Shown here piece after piece: positions 48,501-60,549 of a stretch of 64,000 nt of DNA (the first letter of the stretch is position 1; the number at the start of each line of letters is the position of its first letter). The position numbers were made by a program, and so were the translations under genes. The notes under the pieces were generated by a model. The model did not search any database. It saw nothing but the letters and a program-made list of their open reading frames with translations, and was not told where the DNA came from. Source of the stretch: Zygnema circumcarinatum SAG 698-1b (Eukaryota > Plantae > Zygnematophyceae). The stretch is taken from the NCBI GenBank assembly GCA_037447605.1, contig CM074818.1, positions 2,368,617-2,432,616 of the forward strand. The letters are read 5' to 3'.

Positions 48501-50856
48501 TACTAATCAACATAGTTTTGCCCATGGAGAGTTGTGCAGAGTATACTTCACAGATGATGCAAGGGCAGGACAACGGGCTACTTCCCCTGGCTGTTTTTGG
48601 AACAGCGCCCTTTCCAGGATGGTCGTCTGCTTACAACATATTTGAGCCGAAATACCAACTCCTGGTAAAGGCCCTGTGTTCATAGATACTCATGTTGACT
48701 TGTTTGTACTAATGATATTAGGTAGGTTGTTCGTCGTAGAGGTTGTCTTGTCGCGTAAGCTTTGGTTGTTCAACAGTAGGAAATGTACTCTGATGCTTGT
48801 GCTTATGCCAAATGAACTGCTGGCTAAGGACTTAGATGCTCACCGTCTGCTTTCCTAGACTGTTCATTTTGGTAGTTTTTAGGGAATATGGCGTAAAGAG
48901 GTCAAACCAGCAATCCACGAGTGGTTCAAACAGTCGCACGGTTTACGTAGCATTACGGAGCTTAGGGGGGCAGGTCATCTCCCGACAGTGCTACCAAATA
49001 CTGGTGTCAAGTCAAAGTTTCCTCTTGCCATTGAAAGCTCCTCGAGTGTACAGCCATTCCAAATCAAAATCAGGACTGTGTCTACAAGTAGCTGGCTTAT
49101 GGACGCTTATGGTCTTCATTGCTGTAGACTGAAGTGTCCAGTCACAAGATTATCGTCCTGAAGCAGCTCCCTATTTGGCATGAACGATATCAGCAGGCTG
49201 ATGCGTGCACACATGCATGTCATTCTGTTTCCCGTCACCCTTGACGACCCAAAAGGTGCGAACAGGTTCGCGAGTGTGTGGAGGTCGACAGGCTCTGCGG
49301 CATTGCAGCTCTCTGGCCAACCTGCAGCGGCCCTACCCTCGTGGGCTGCACCGCGGTGAGGAAATTCCACCCCATATCAGAATCTGAAACTGGAACAGAA
49401 ACGGAACATATGTGTAATATATGCCGCCATCGTCTCCGCCATTCTTTGAGAAATTGCTTCCATGTTGTCAGGGAAAAATCAGTGGATTTCATGGCTGTTA
49501 GATCCTTGCTGGTAGGAGGTTTAACTAAAAATGGCTTGGGCCAATACCAGCTTGTGCAACTGGTCCATCTTGTGTCGGATTGGGATAGGCAGGGGAGGAA
49601 TGTTTGGTCAGAGATCTCTTTTTATTGAATTCATTTTTGATGTGTGTATGTGTGAGGCTCGCAGACCCTACGTGTTAAACGTTTTGAATCTGACTGTCGG
49701 AGCTCGCTGGTAGCTCATGGCCGTAAGCGCTTCAGGGTGGCCCCTGCAAAGTAAGTCCTTTCACTCGTCAGTTTCCCCACTTCTCCAACTTGTCTATGTG
49801 CTTCTATTGTGATGCATGTAGCGGCGATGCCCTGTCTGCCACCTGTATTTGCTCCTCCCGTACCTGCTCTCCTCTCTCCCCCTTCCCCCCCCCCCCCCCC
49901 CCCACCCCCCACCTCATCAAGTTTGTCATTGATTCTTCCGCACTACCTGCTGCCGTGGGTCTCCTTCAATAAACTCAACAGTATTTGGTCTGTTAGCTCA
50001 CCTCCATGTTCATATGCTCTCCACAGTCCATGCATTCTTTCCCCGCAGTGTGGTGTGCGCATATGCCCGTGCAGTGTGCATGGCCCCTGTAAGCTCAGGC
50101 CTATGGTGGCCTATGCTGCTGCAGAGTGGGGGTGCGTCCTGGCAGCTTCGGGCTCAACGTTGCGGAGGTGGGTCAGTCAGCTCTCTTTCAGGAGCTTTCT
50201 TTCTCAAGCAGACGCATTCACAGCAAAATGCTCCGTTTTTTTGTGATCTAATTGGAGTTGTGATGTACTGATGAAGAGAGCTGGGAGGTGTCCAGGTGGA
50301 TTACTTTGATGACGAGAAGGTGGTGGGAGAGGCCGCAGTGCGCGAGCTGAAGAACTTGGCTTTCAGAGCGCTGAGTTTGTGCGAGAGGGTTGTTGTTAAC
50401 GTGCTTCAGGTGGGTGCTCTTGTTCGGCCTTATCGCTGATCGTCAGTTTCTATGCAGCGTGTTTTCTCGCCGGCCATGTTTGCTGTTTGTTTGACACTTT
50501 ACCTAACCATTTTGCAACTGCGGTGCGCAGATGGGACCTAAAGTTGGTATGCGGTTCGCGAATCCATGGCTGCTAAACAATCCTGTGGCAGCCTCTTTCG
50601 CAATTGCTCACGTTCTTCCCGCTCAGGTGCCATGCTGCCCACTCGTTGGATGTCTGGGCAGGCATAGAATTTCGCAATGGTTTCTTCGATGTTCATTCTC
50701 AGGAGAGGTAAGTTGAATGAATGGTGAAACTGACCGCAACGTGGGTGGTTTGTTGGTCTCTAGCCCAATGTGAAGCTGAGGTGGCTCGCTTCCACGGACA
50801 CCAAGATGCGGCTCTTAGAGGAGATGCATTTTCTAAAGGCCCTCGCCATGCCGTGA
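45547..50856 (+). CDS. FIST N-domain + Lon N-terminal (LON_substr_bdg, PUA-like) fusion protein with an organelle-type presequence
   Basis: Exon 1 (45547 or 45589 to 47026) carries PTAAVAFVS, PAIIGC and LHLCAARMPGVCATAF; next exons EFMQRLTSVFPQSA and GGLV..LFYG..GAVGLAL give a FIST pattern. Later exons LPLAVFGTAPFPGWSSAYNIFEPKYQLLV, VDYFDDE, NNPVAASFAIAHVLPAQ|PNVKLRWLASTDTKMRLLEEMHFLKALAMP* give a Lon-N pattern. Some internal junctions (47.3-48.5 kb, 49-50 kb) are unresolved. Confidence 0.7.
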
Positions 50857-51059
50857 CCTTTTTTTTTTTTGGCCAATACATGAACGGGACCTTGCAACCC
50901 TCGACCCTTGCAAGCGCTTCTGCTCATGTGTGGTGCCTGCCTGCGGTGGAGTGTGCGCGGAATCGTGATGTGCTGTAGATGTAAGCGAGGTAGCAAAATT
51001 GATTTAGTGAAATGAACGGAGAAGAGGCCGCTCGGCGCTGGGTCCTGTCATTTTATTAT

Positions 51060-51940
51060 GGATAGGAAACGGCTGTTATGCGGCGGGGGCGAGCCTTTGT
51101 CGCTTTCTAACATGAGAGGACTGAGAGGGCTTGTGATGATGGGCTCTCGAAATGAACACCACCGACTGTGGTACTGTTGGGCAGCGCTGAAGTTTCTCTC
51201 CGCCTTGAAAACCAGAATTTAAGCCGTCCCCTGGAGCATCCTTCCGCTCAATTATGTGCGAAGTCTTTTGGGCGAAGAGGGAGAGCGTGCAGCTGTTAAT
51301 CGGTTGGTCGTAGGTTTCTTTAGAACAAAAACAAGGTCGTTTATGTCTTTGACAACAGGAGAAGGTCTTAAGCGGGAAAAAAGAAACACAAGTACAAGCT
51401 TCAAGGAAATGTTATTGTCAATTAAGAGATATGTTTTTGCTACTTAAACATTTAAAGCTTACGTTTTCGATATTACTGAGTTTCATAGTCGAAATTGGAA
51501 AGATTGTTAGTAGTTGACGGAAGAAAATGGCATTGAACTCACGATGGCGAGGAGGCCATCAAATGTACATGGACGAAAGCATGATGGGGAACCACGAGAG
51601 GAACTCTCGCGAAGGACCTAAGCACAAAAGAATAAAGCTTGGAGCGGAAAGCTACGCCTGGGAGCAACAACGCAACCCTCCCTCCAAGCAGCCGCGAAGG
51701 TTAATAGATTAGTTAATTTAAATGTAATTCCTGCTTTTTTTCTGTGTTTTGAAAAAAGCGTGTTCAAACGGGAGCGGTGAGCCTACAGGCACTGGGATAA
51801 ACTCTTTATGGCGCCATGCCTCCATGAGGATTGCATGGCTCCATGCCGTCACATGAGGGTGCCCATCATCCCATTTATGCACTCCGCGCTCGTCCTCCGC
51901 CGTCCGATCGCCATCGGACGGTCCGCGGCGGGCGGCCAAT
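51060..51940 (-). CDS. Possible small spliced gene of unknown function (weak)
   Basis: A 75-nt in-frame exon 51617-51543 (VLRESSSRGSPSCFRPCTFDGLLAI) with a TTTTGTGCTTAG acceptor and GTGAGT donor, pointing away from the GC island at 51.9-52.3 kb. Flanking exons are uncertain. Confidence 0.25.
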
Positions 51941-52616
51941 CATGTGCGCGGGCCGGTCCCGCCGCCCGTTTGCCGCCGCACAGCCCTGCCGCCCGCGAGC
52001 CGCTCCCAGATCTCTGCACACGTGCAGCGCGGCCCCGCAATTGGCCGGAACGGATCCACGGGCGTGGCTCGTGCGACGCGGCCAAACCGGCCGTTCGTAC
52101 GGACAGCCCCTGGCACTGTGCAACTGGGGGCATGGGGCGTACGGCGTGGAGCAGACAGGACAGAGGAGGCTCGGGCCGCTCCCTGAGCGGTCCGGGCCGG
52201 GCCGGGGATGGAGAGGGAGGGAGGGAGGGAGAGGTGTGCTGGAGGGGAGTGGGTGAGGGAGTAGGAGCTATGGCTGCGGAACTCTGCGGTTGTGCGTCTT
52301 ACATACGTGAAGCCGCGCTGCGTGTTGAAGGCTGAGCGGCAATCGCAGGCTTGGAAGGAACGGAGGGAGACAGATGCGGGAGGAGGGGAGAGGGTGAAGT
52401 GGAAGGTAGGATAAGGAGTGGGACTGAGAGGAGTAGGAAGTAGAATGAGTGCAGGAGACTGAAATGATGTGGAAGAAAGCATTGAGAGAAAGAAGGAGTA
52501 GGTAGGAAGTTGGAGAAAAGGCCAAGGCCGAGAACGAGAGGAAGGGCAGCGCGCAGGAGAGTCTGCGCAGGGAGGGGAGAGCAGCGGTGGGAGCGGGCGG
52601 TGGCGCAGTCGCAGCC

Positions 52617-54098
52617 ATGTCCATCTCTGTGGTCGCTTACGGTGCGTTCTGCAATGCCATGGCGCGGCTCGCAGTGAACCGCAGCTTGCTCGCGTTGTGC
52701 AAGAATGCAGTCCACAGGTCCTTTTCTGTGTTAGAAATGGAAATAGAAAATTTTCCAATTAGAAAGAAGCAAGACGTCGTCTGAACTACGCTCAAGCTTT
52801 TTTTCAGGTCATTTTGGTGCTGAATGCTGTTGATCTTTCGAGAGCTCTCAATGCTGTTGTTATTATACCGTAATCGATGTTCATTGTCATGTTTTCATGT
52901 TCATGCTGAAAAATCTTCACGGAAACCTACGTTTTACGGGAATCTACATTCCCTACGCTTGTCCTCATCTTTTGCGTTTACCGAATTATTCTCGTTTAGT
53001 CGCATTGTCGGCGTTGCAGTCGTGAATACCCTTGTGCAGCAAAAGATTTGTTTCACAATGCAACATATTTGGTTTTCTGCGGAAGCTTCACTCAGCTGCA
53101 AGATAACTCGGAGATAACATTAGATTCTGACGCACGTGCCCGTAATGTTCCCGTTTCCCCAGTGCTACAGCAGAATCATCCTCAGTATGTGTACGAAAGT
53201 GTGATAGTTTAGAGTCATTTCGGCTACTAGTTCCTGAAGGCTGTGCTATTGTGAATATTGATCACATTCTATGCACGTGGCGCGCAGGTATCATGGTGGC
53301 TATCTTCACTGCAGTTTTGTTCCTCTCCTGCATGTTTCATTGGTGAGTACTTGAAGGTGAATAGGTGGAAGGGCATAATGCAGCGTAATAATAAGGGCAT
53401 AATGCTTGTTCCACATAATCATCTCTGAGGACACCCTCATTCACTTGCTCCTCGCATGTACTGTGACTAATAAATGGGAAACGTTAAGCAAGTGGACCTT
53501 AAATCGCTGTTTTCCTTTGCTGGGCTTGCCGGTGTGCAGCTTCATCATGCGCATGCATTGGTTTCAACCTCCCGATCCTGCACAAGTCACATATTCGCAG
53601 TGGAGTCTCTGGGGAGTTCGCCAACCGGGGGGGGACGGACTGGACGGAACTAAGGACTCCAATGAGGTGAGATAGCCCCCCCTGCATCCCTAGTTAGGTA
53701 GTTTCTAGTTTACATCTGCAGGCCTGTCCTCCTTCCACTGGTGAGCGTGGGAGTGACAGCACCAATCGGAGTCTTGGCATCTCTAATGTCTCATCTCCTT
53801 CTCCCCTGCACGGAAATGCAATGTTTTGGTGCTTCTTTAAAGGGTTAATGTCTCGCTCCCGGCTGCCCACGCTCATTGAGGGAATTGGAGCTTGCAGGTC
53901 TCTGTGGTGATGCCGGGGGAAGACGCGCCCACGCATTTGGCTCGACCAAATCCAATGAACGAGGCAGGGGATGTTGAGGTGTGCTCCATTCGTATTCCTG
54001 AAGTCAATGAGGAGGAGGGTGGCAGAAATAGCAGCGATTCCAGACAACCAACAGAGCAGGGTGCAGCCGAGGCTGCCCTGCTTTCCCGTGCCAATTGA
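52617..54098 (+). CDS. Small single-pass membrane protein with a VxMPG..PTxLA motif (At5g65660-like), ~99 aa, including a 19-nt microexon
   Basis: Exons 52617-52641, 53288-53342, 53722-53740 and 53898-54098 join in frame: MSISVVAY|GIMVAIFTAVLFLSCMFH|WPVLLPL|VSVVMPGEDAPTHLARPNPMNEAG...*. All junctions are GT-AG. Confidence 0.75.
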
Positions 54099-55768
54099 CA
54101 TGGGATGTTGAGCTATAAGTTAACTATTCCTATCGGAATTTCTCATTCCCCTCTCGAACTGGAGAGGTGAATCCCATTCCAGCATTAGGTAGATGATTCT
54201 TTTTAGCTTCTCTTAAATAAGCCATTCCAGCAGTGTGTTCCCAGATACAAACGTTATTGCTCGAAGATGCAGCAAGTCCACCTGGAATAGAACGGGAGAG
54301 CAGACTGATGGTCTGGGGGAGTGTAACGAGAGAAGCCGGCTACTACTGTAGTTGGATAGGTTCCAAGCAGGTCAAGGGTCCTTAACTAGGACCCATGTCC
54401 ATGTCAAGGATCCATGTGACATAAGGGCTGAATGTGCATAGAGCGTGAAATAGCAGCAACCGGCCGTCGGAAGGCTTAGTTTGGAGGTGCCATACAGCAC
54501 CGCACAGAAAGTTTGCCCTTCCAGTGTGCGGCTGCCTGCGGCCCCGTGCAGGGAGGCGAGTGCTGGTCGACTCCCTTTGTGTCGCCACCGCTCCACCGCG
54601 GGGCCTCTCTGCCTCGGCCTCTGCTTCTGCCGGCGGTCCTCATTCGATTCGAAAGTGGCTAGCGTTATTACAAACGCATTGAAGCACTTCAAGACACATG
54701 TAAATCACTGATTGTTTCCTTCTCCTGTCGCTGTTTGGCGCGAGTCCTTCTCGCGCCCTTGTCACATCGTGATGGTGCTGTAAACTGTCCATGTCGTTAG
54801 GGCATAGCCGACCTAAAAATCGTTAGTATTACTAGTCGTAGTTTGATACCAAATCGAGTACTCACTCGGAGGACATTGCGGTCCGCTTGTAGAAGAGTAT
54901 TTCCGTGACTTTTCCTTTTGAATGTTTTTTCGTAAGATTTTGTTTAGTTTGACATGCCCTGTTGTTGAGTTGATGGTGATCCCTCCATACCCATGTCCCT
55001 TTGCCATCATGCAATCATTGCATGTGATCATCAACCAGTGTTTTAGGAAGCCTAGACAGATAGACGCACGGGCCAAAACAGGAAATCTGCCAATAGCTAA
55101 TGGAGGACCATCTAAAGGCCGTGATGACTCGAACTCGTCACCATGCAGGAATTCGTGTATAGAAGTTGACATAACTATGCATCGATTGTCCGGAGAAGCA
55201 TCATCACAGCCTTCAACAGCTGCTTACAGGACAGCGCTTCCCTAAACAAACTCATGACCAAAACTAGTTAAAAAAAATTCATTGGGTAGTGATCTGTTCG
55301 GTGAAAATCTATTCTTAGGGGAGCGATTGAACCGATGGCCTTCCGAACCATTATTCATCACTTTGTCGGGTTCAGCTGCCCAACATCGTAAATACAATTA
55401 TGCTCATTTCATTTATTGCAGTTAGATGCTTTTGTACGATTCATACTATCCAAACTCCACTTTTCTTGTACCTCGCAAGGTAAACCCAGTCTTTTGTTCC
55501 TTCAAAGACGGTGGAAGTCATTCAAGTCAAAGAAATAAATTAAGTCTTTCCTAAAGGGGCCAGCCCATACAGCCGACCATCCGAGCGTATGATTTAGGCT
55601 CGCTGTGCTGAACACAGCAGCCATCTCTTCCTACACAAGGGACTGCTCAAGGCTCACGTTGCAGGAGGGAGTTCCCCCCTCTAAAGCGCGCAGCAGCGCC
55701 ACAAAATCGCCAACCGTCAATGCCAGCAATTCGCATAAAACCTCCTACTGCCTGGCCTCCTGGACTGC

Positions 55769-58700
55769 CTACATCCTATTTCTAATTTCGCTTCTAGCCC
55801 CCCCGCGGCACAACCAGCTTGTCTTGGCCTGACAGCAGACGCGCCGACTGAATGACATCGCCCGTCTTCAGCTGCGAGAGGAGCTCCTTCCCTTTCGTCA
55901 CGTACCTGCAAGAGCACCATGCGTCCCATTCACAGCTTCCAAAGTTTAACCTCCCTCTCCGAAACCCGCCACATTCAAACCCACAATTTTACTCGTCTGT
56001 CGGAACATCGTGAATAGCTATTTAGCAAAGAAAAAGTTTGATCCTCTCCTCAAACCATCTGTCATGGCAAAGGCAAAAACTCATGTCTGCACCCAAAGTG
56101 GAGAAGCAGGAATAAAAGGCAAATAAAGGAAGATCTGTTACCCAAATACGGAAAACTGGCCTTCGTCGAAGGATAGCCCACCGAGACCCGACTGCAGCAC
56201 CACACAGACACCCCCGCCGACAGTTTCAGAGCTAACCATTTAAGATCTATGACTCATCCTCATGGAGCTGAGGCCCAATACGTAAACAGATGCTGCATGC
56301 ATCTGCACGAGCACTCATGTGCGTATCGATGAACCATTCATTCATTATTCATTAGCAATCAGTTTAAAGCCTTGCCCCTGATGTGCTAAGCACGCAAGAA
56401 GACAGGGTGAAGCCGAGCGCCCACATTGCGTTTGTCGTAGAGGTAGACGAAGAACTGAGTGGGATGTGAGCTCGTTTCGGAGTCCACGCTATGGGACATG
56501 GCCACTGCCCCAAACACAGACATGGGGATCACGGGAATCTCGCCGTCCTGCACAGATGCCATCAGCTGCAGTCACTACCATTTCTCTCCCTCCTCTTACT
56601 TCTCCCTCCCCTTCTCCATTCTATCTCTCTTACCCAATGAATCCATACCATAGCCAAACTCGTCTTTAATAGAACAGCTTCACTCTCCACACCAAGGTCA
56701 CCTCGTGACATGCAAATGGCAATATTTTCAACCAATTAAGAGTTTAATTTTGAGGCCACAATATCATTTGGGATTTCTTTCATTTTATGATTTATAAAGG
56801 TTCGTTTGCCACAGCCTTCCGCCTTTACCTGGACATCGAGGGGAGTCCTGTACATGGGCGCTAAATCACCCAATGGCATGATTTCAAGGGGAAGAACTTT
56901 TCCAAGACGCGGATCCGCCTCCCCCAGTAGCGCTTGGGAAGTTGCTTTCAGGGCCACCCCATTGTATGCGCCTTTTTGCAGCTACAAGGTGGAGGCCAAT
57001 TGCGAAAGAAAATGAAATCAGCGAACTGATGAATGCATAGAGCAGGCATCGTGGAACAAGGAGTTCTGAAAGGAAGCTTTCACTCACCAATGCTGCAAAG
57101 TTACCAGCTGTAATTGGAGCAGAATAACCGTCCAGAACCATCTGCAACCCGCTTCACCTTCACAAACCCTCTTCAGATTGAAAGGAGTTTCGTGAAGGGT
57201 TGAAAACTCGCAGATTTCAAATTACATTCGTAACCCAAAGGCAGCAAACCGCTTTCAAACCGACCTCTATAACGCCCGTTTGCTTTTGTCCAGCTCCGTC
57301 CGACAGATTGAAAGTGGACCCATCTCCTCGAAGTAGAGTAAACTCTGCTATTGCTCGCCCAGTTAACCTGCACAACCCGGTTCATTGTATGGGAGATGTA
57401 TCGCCTCCAAAGGCAACCGTGTCTGCTTCATAGCAGTCAACTCAACCTCATGGAAGTGGAGACACCCACCTTGGAAGATCGTTGAATTGAGCAGAAATCA
57501 AGTACGGCAGTCCGGGAGCCTGCAGTGCTTCATTAAGCCCCCCTTCTTCTGAGCTGCTTAGAGAGATGGCCGGGGCAAGAGTGAAAAAGAGAGGGCGAAA
57601 AAATGGAAGGTGCCCAGAAGGTAGAGAGAGGGAGTGAGGACGAGAGGAAGACAGGGAAGTCAAAAGGAGACAGGAAGAGAGATGAGGATGAGGAAAAAGG
57701 GTAAATTCATTGCTTTACATTGCATGCATTCGCATTCCACATCGCTTCTTCAATTCAATCTCGAAACTAGTCCATGTTATGCCTTGAACCATTTTTTATT
57801 TCTCTCCAAAGGCCCTTTAGAAAAGCCCGCTGTTTGTAAAACGGTCCATTTGTTTACCTGGAGAGCTTCAAGCTCGGCGACGGTTTCCAGCGTTGCGACC
57901 AATCGAGATGCGATTTTGTCGGCGTCCTGCTGCTGGATAGCCGCCAATAGCCCCTCTAGCGAGCCCTGACCACAAGCAATGTCACAAAACTGCAGTTCAG
58001 GAGAGAAGGTACGCATATTCTGACCCATTAAGAAGAGAAAAATGTATGAATCCATTGTAATTTGCATAAACGCAGCAGCGGAGCTCACACCCAAAGCGAA
58101 CAGCCTAACGGAATGTTGTCTGTTCCCGCATAGCACCGCGTATTAAGGCAGCAAAACAGAGCCAACAGATAAAGGGTGGGCAAGCACACCTTCCCGTTGA
58201 GCATCTGTCCGTACAGCTCTTCTCCCCGGGAGAGAGAGGAGGGCGGTACGGCTGCCAGAATGGACGCCTTCTCCGCTATCGTCAGCTGTCACCCCGAGAG
58301 AAGCTGGCGGCAGCGCACACTCATCAGTGGAAATCATTCAGAGCCTCCTCCTTCTATCTCTCTCTCTCTCTCTCTCTCTCTCACTCGCTCCCTCTCCCCC
58401 TTCCCTTGATCTCCTTCGGATCTCCTCCCACACCTGCCACCCCCCTCGTCAGCCACCCTCCATCCCCTCGTCCACCTCCTTCCTTCACCTTTCTCCTCTT
58501 CTCCCTTCCACCCGTCCGCCTTGGCTGACTTTACTCAATAATTCGCTCGCTCCCCTCCACCAACCTCTAATCCCCGTTCTCTCCACTTCTCTTCTACCTC
58601 CACCTTCTTCCCTCCCCTCCCCTTCTCTACTTCCCCATTGTCTTTTTTGCCAGCATCATGCTCCTCCTATCCAGATACAAAGTGCCGTTATGCGTTAAAT

Positions 58701-60083
58701 TTTTGAGTAAATAAAAATCAAAATGAAACTGACAAGCTCGTTTCCACAAAGTGCATTTCGAGGGGCAGACGTGCAACAAACCTGGACAGCCTTCTTCACA
58801 TTGCTCTCCATCGTACCATACGGCTTTCGTTGCGGAATGCGGAGGAAAAAGAATATCTCCTCCAACAAACCCTAAAGCTCCAATACAAACAGAAAGAACC
58901 AAACAGAATTGGGGGGCGGGAGGGGGAGGGGGAGGGGGAGGGGGAGGGGGAGGGGGAGGGGGAGGGGGAGGGGGAGGGGGAGGGGGAGGGGGAGGGGGAG
59001 GGGGAGGGGGAGGGGGAGGGGGAGGGGGAGGGGGAGGGGGAGGGGGAGGGGGAGGGGGAGGGGGAGGGGAGGGGAGGGGAGGGGGAGGGGGAGGGGGAGG
59101 GGAGGGGAGGGGGAGGGGGAGGGGGAGGGGGAGGGGGAGGGGGAGGAGGAGGGGGCGGGGAGGGGGAGGAGGGGAGGGGAGGGGAGGGGGAGGGGGAGGG
59201 GGAGGGGGAGGGGGAGGAGGGGAGGGGGAGGGGAGGGAGAGGGGGAGGGAGAGGGGGAAGGGAGGGAAGGTGGGGCACCTGTGTGGTCTTCATGGTGGGA
59301 TTGACTGCGGGAATGGAGCGGCGGAGTGCTACCTCGGCAGTCCGTGGGAGACGCGCCGTATCGGGCGAGTACAGCACTGCGTGTGCTGCTTCCGGGCCAA
59401 GCGTCCTGAACCCTGCGGCCGCCTCGGAGGGGCTCTCGGGGTTCAGGGGCGCCAGCGCCTGCAAGAGGGTGAGGGCCACGGCTGCTGCGGCAGCACCTGC
59501 TCGGCTGCGGGAGAACGGCTGTACCTGCAGCGTCGCCGAAATTTCTAGGGTTGTCAGGAAAGCCAGGAGGATATGGGGGTGGCAATGTTGGCTTTGAAAG
59601 TTTTAGATTTTGACTCTGGTTTTGTGGTGAATAGTAGACGTCGGAAGGAAGACAAGGAAGGTAAGGGAACCCGGTGCACATCCAGCAAGCAAGCAAGGTG
59701 AGAAGTTACTATTGGGGCAACGCTTTACAATGACAATTACGAAACCAAAACATAACTTACGGAGATTGCATTGCAATTGCAGTGTGCAGCTTTTAGGACA
59801 GAGAGCTCTATGCCACCACAGATTTTAGCAAAAAAGTACAATTTGAGCAGTTCAGGGTTATGATGAACGTAGGGTTTGAAGGGTTGCGTCCTACCTCGGC
59901 TGCTGCAGGTCCGCCCGCCTCACCACTGTGGCTGCTGTCCCCCATGGCAGCTCTCACACTCCACGAATTCGCGCGACGTTGCGACGCCATGGCCGTCGGC
60001 TTCTCTCCCGAGCGGAGGGAGCTCCATGACGTCCCTGCAGTCTTGAAGCCTCTCCTCGCCTCTCCAAAGCACAGCGAAGCCAT
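55769..60083 (-). CDS. CYP37: Thylakoid-lumen cyclophilin CYP37 with a plastid/lumen targeting sequence
   Basis: AHAVLYSPDTARLPRTAEVALRRSIPAVNPTMKTTQ|GLLEEIFFFLRIPQRKPYGTMESNVKKAVQ|..|GSLEGLLAAIQQQDADKIASRLVATLETVAELEALQ|..|MVLDGYSAPITAGNFAAL|..LPLEIMPLGDLAPMYRTPLDVQ|DGEIPVIPMSVFGAVAMSHS..QFFVYLYDKRN|SGLGGLSFDEGQFSVFG|YVTKGKELLSQLKTGDVIQSARLLSGQDKL..*. The first exon junction is approximate. Confidence 0.93.
58911..59270. repeat. About 360-bp homopurine (GGGGGA)n tract in a CYP37 intron
   Basis: Near-perfect hexamer array degenerating to GGGGA/GGAGG at the right end; almost exclusively G/A on the + strand. Confidence 0.95.
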
Positions 60084-60354
60084 TGTCGCGGCAACCGCAT
60101 GGTCGCTCCTGCTGCAGGAACAGCATACAGAGGATTCTCTGTGCGAAGAGGAGGAAAAACCTAGAAACCTTTCAGGACAGCAGGATAAAGGAGCGGGTAT
60201 CCGCTATGGCGGCCGTTGCAAAGCCGGTCCGCGACCCCTCCTGCGGCAGAGGAAAGAAGCATACCTTGAGGCGACATGGCGGGCAGTTGAAGAACGGCGA
60301 GCGGGTAGGACAGCAGCGGAGGAGAGCTGACCCGTGGCAGCAGGAGCAAACGCC

Positions 60355-60506
60355 ATGGCGCCACGTGGCGCTTCCTCGCCCGCGACCGCTCCTTCCCTCG
60401 AGCTGCGCTCTGGGATGCGTACGGTCACGGTACGGAACCGCGTCACGTCACGGCACTCGTCTGCGGCGGAGCAGATGCAGGTCTCCCTCCCCCCCTGGCT
60501 CTTTCT

Positions 60507-60549
<43 letters not shown>

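Noticed and set aside
50703-50707. Apparent 5-nt microexon (CTCAG|GAGAG|GTAAGT) in the FIST-Lon gene
   Set aside because: Direct splicing of 50627 to 50764 already gives the correct Lon-N C-terminus in frame; inclusion would frameshift. It could be a minor poison exon, but nothing supports that.
58751-59696. Long ORFs with poly-G, (GE)n, (RG)n, (PS)n and (LP)n that look like extensin or RGG proteins
   Set aside because: All are translations of the stop-free (GGGGGA)n intronic repeat; the flanking CYP37 exons splice around it.
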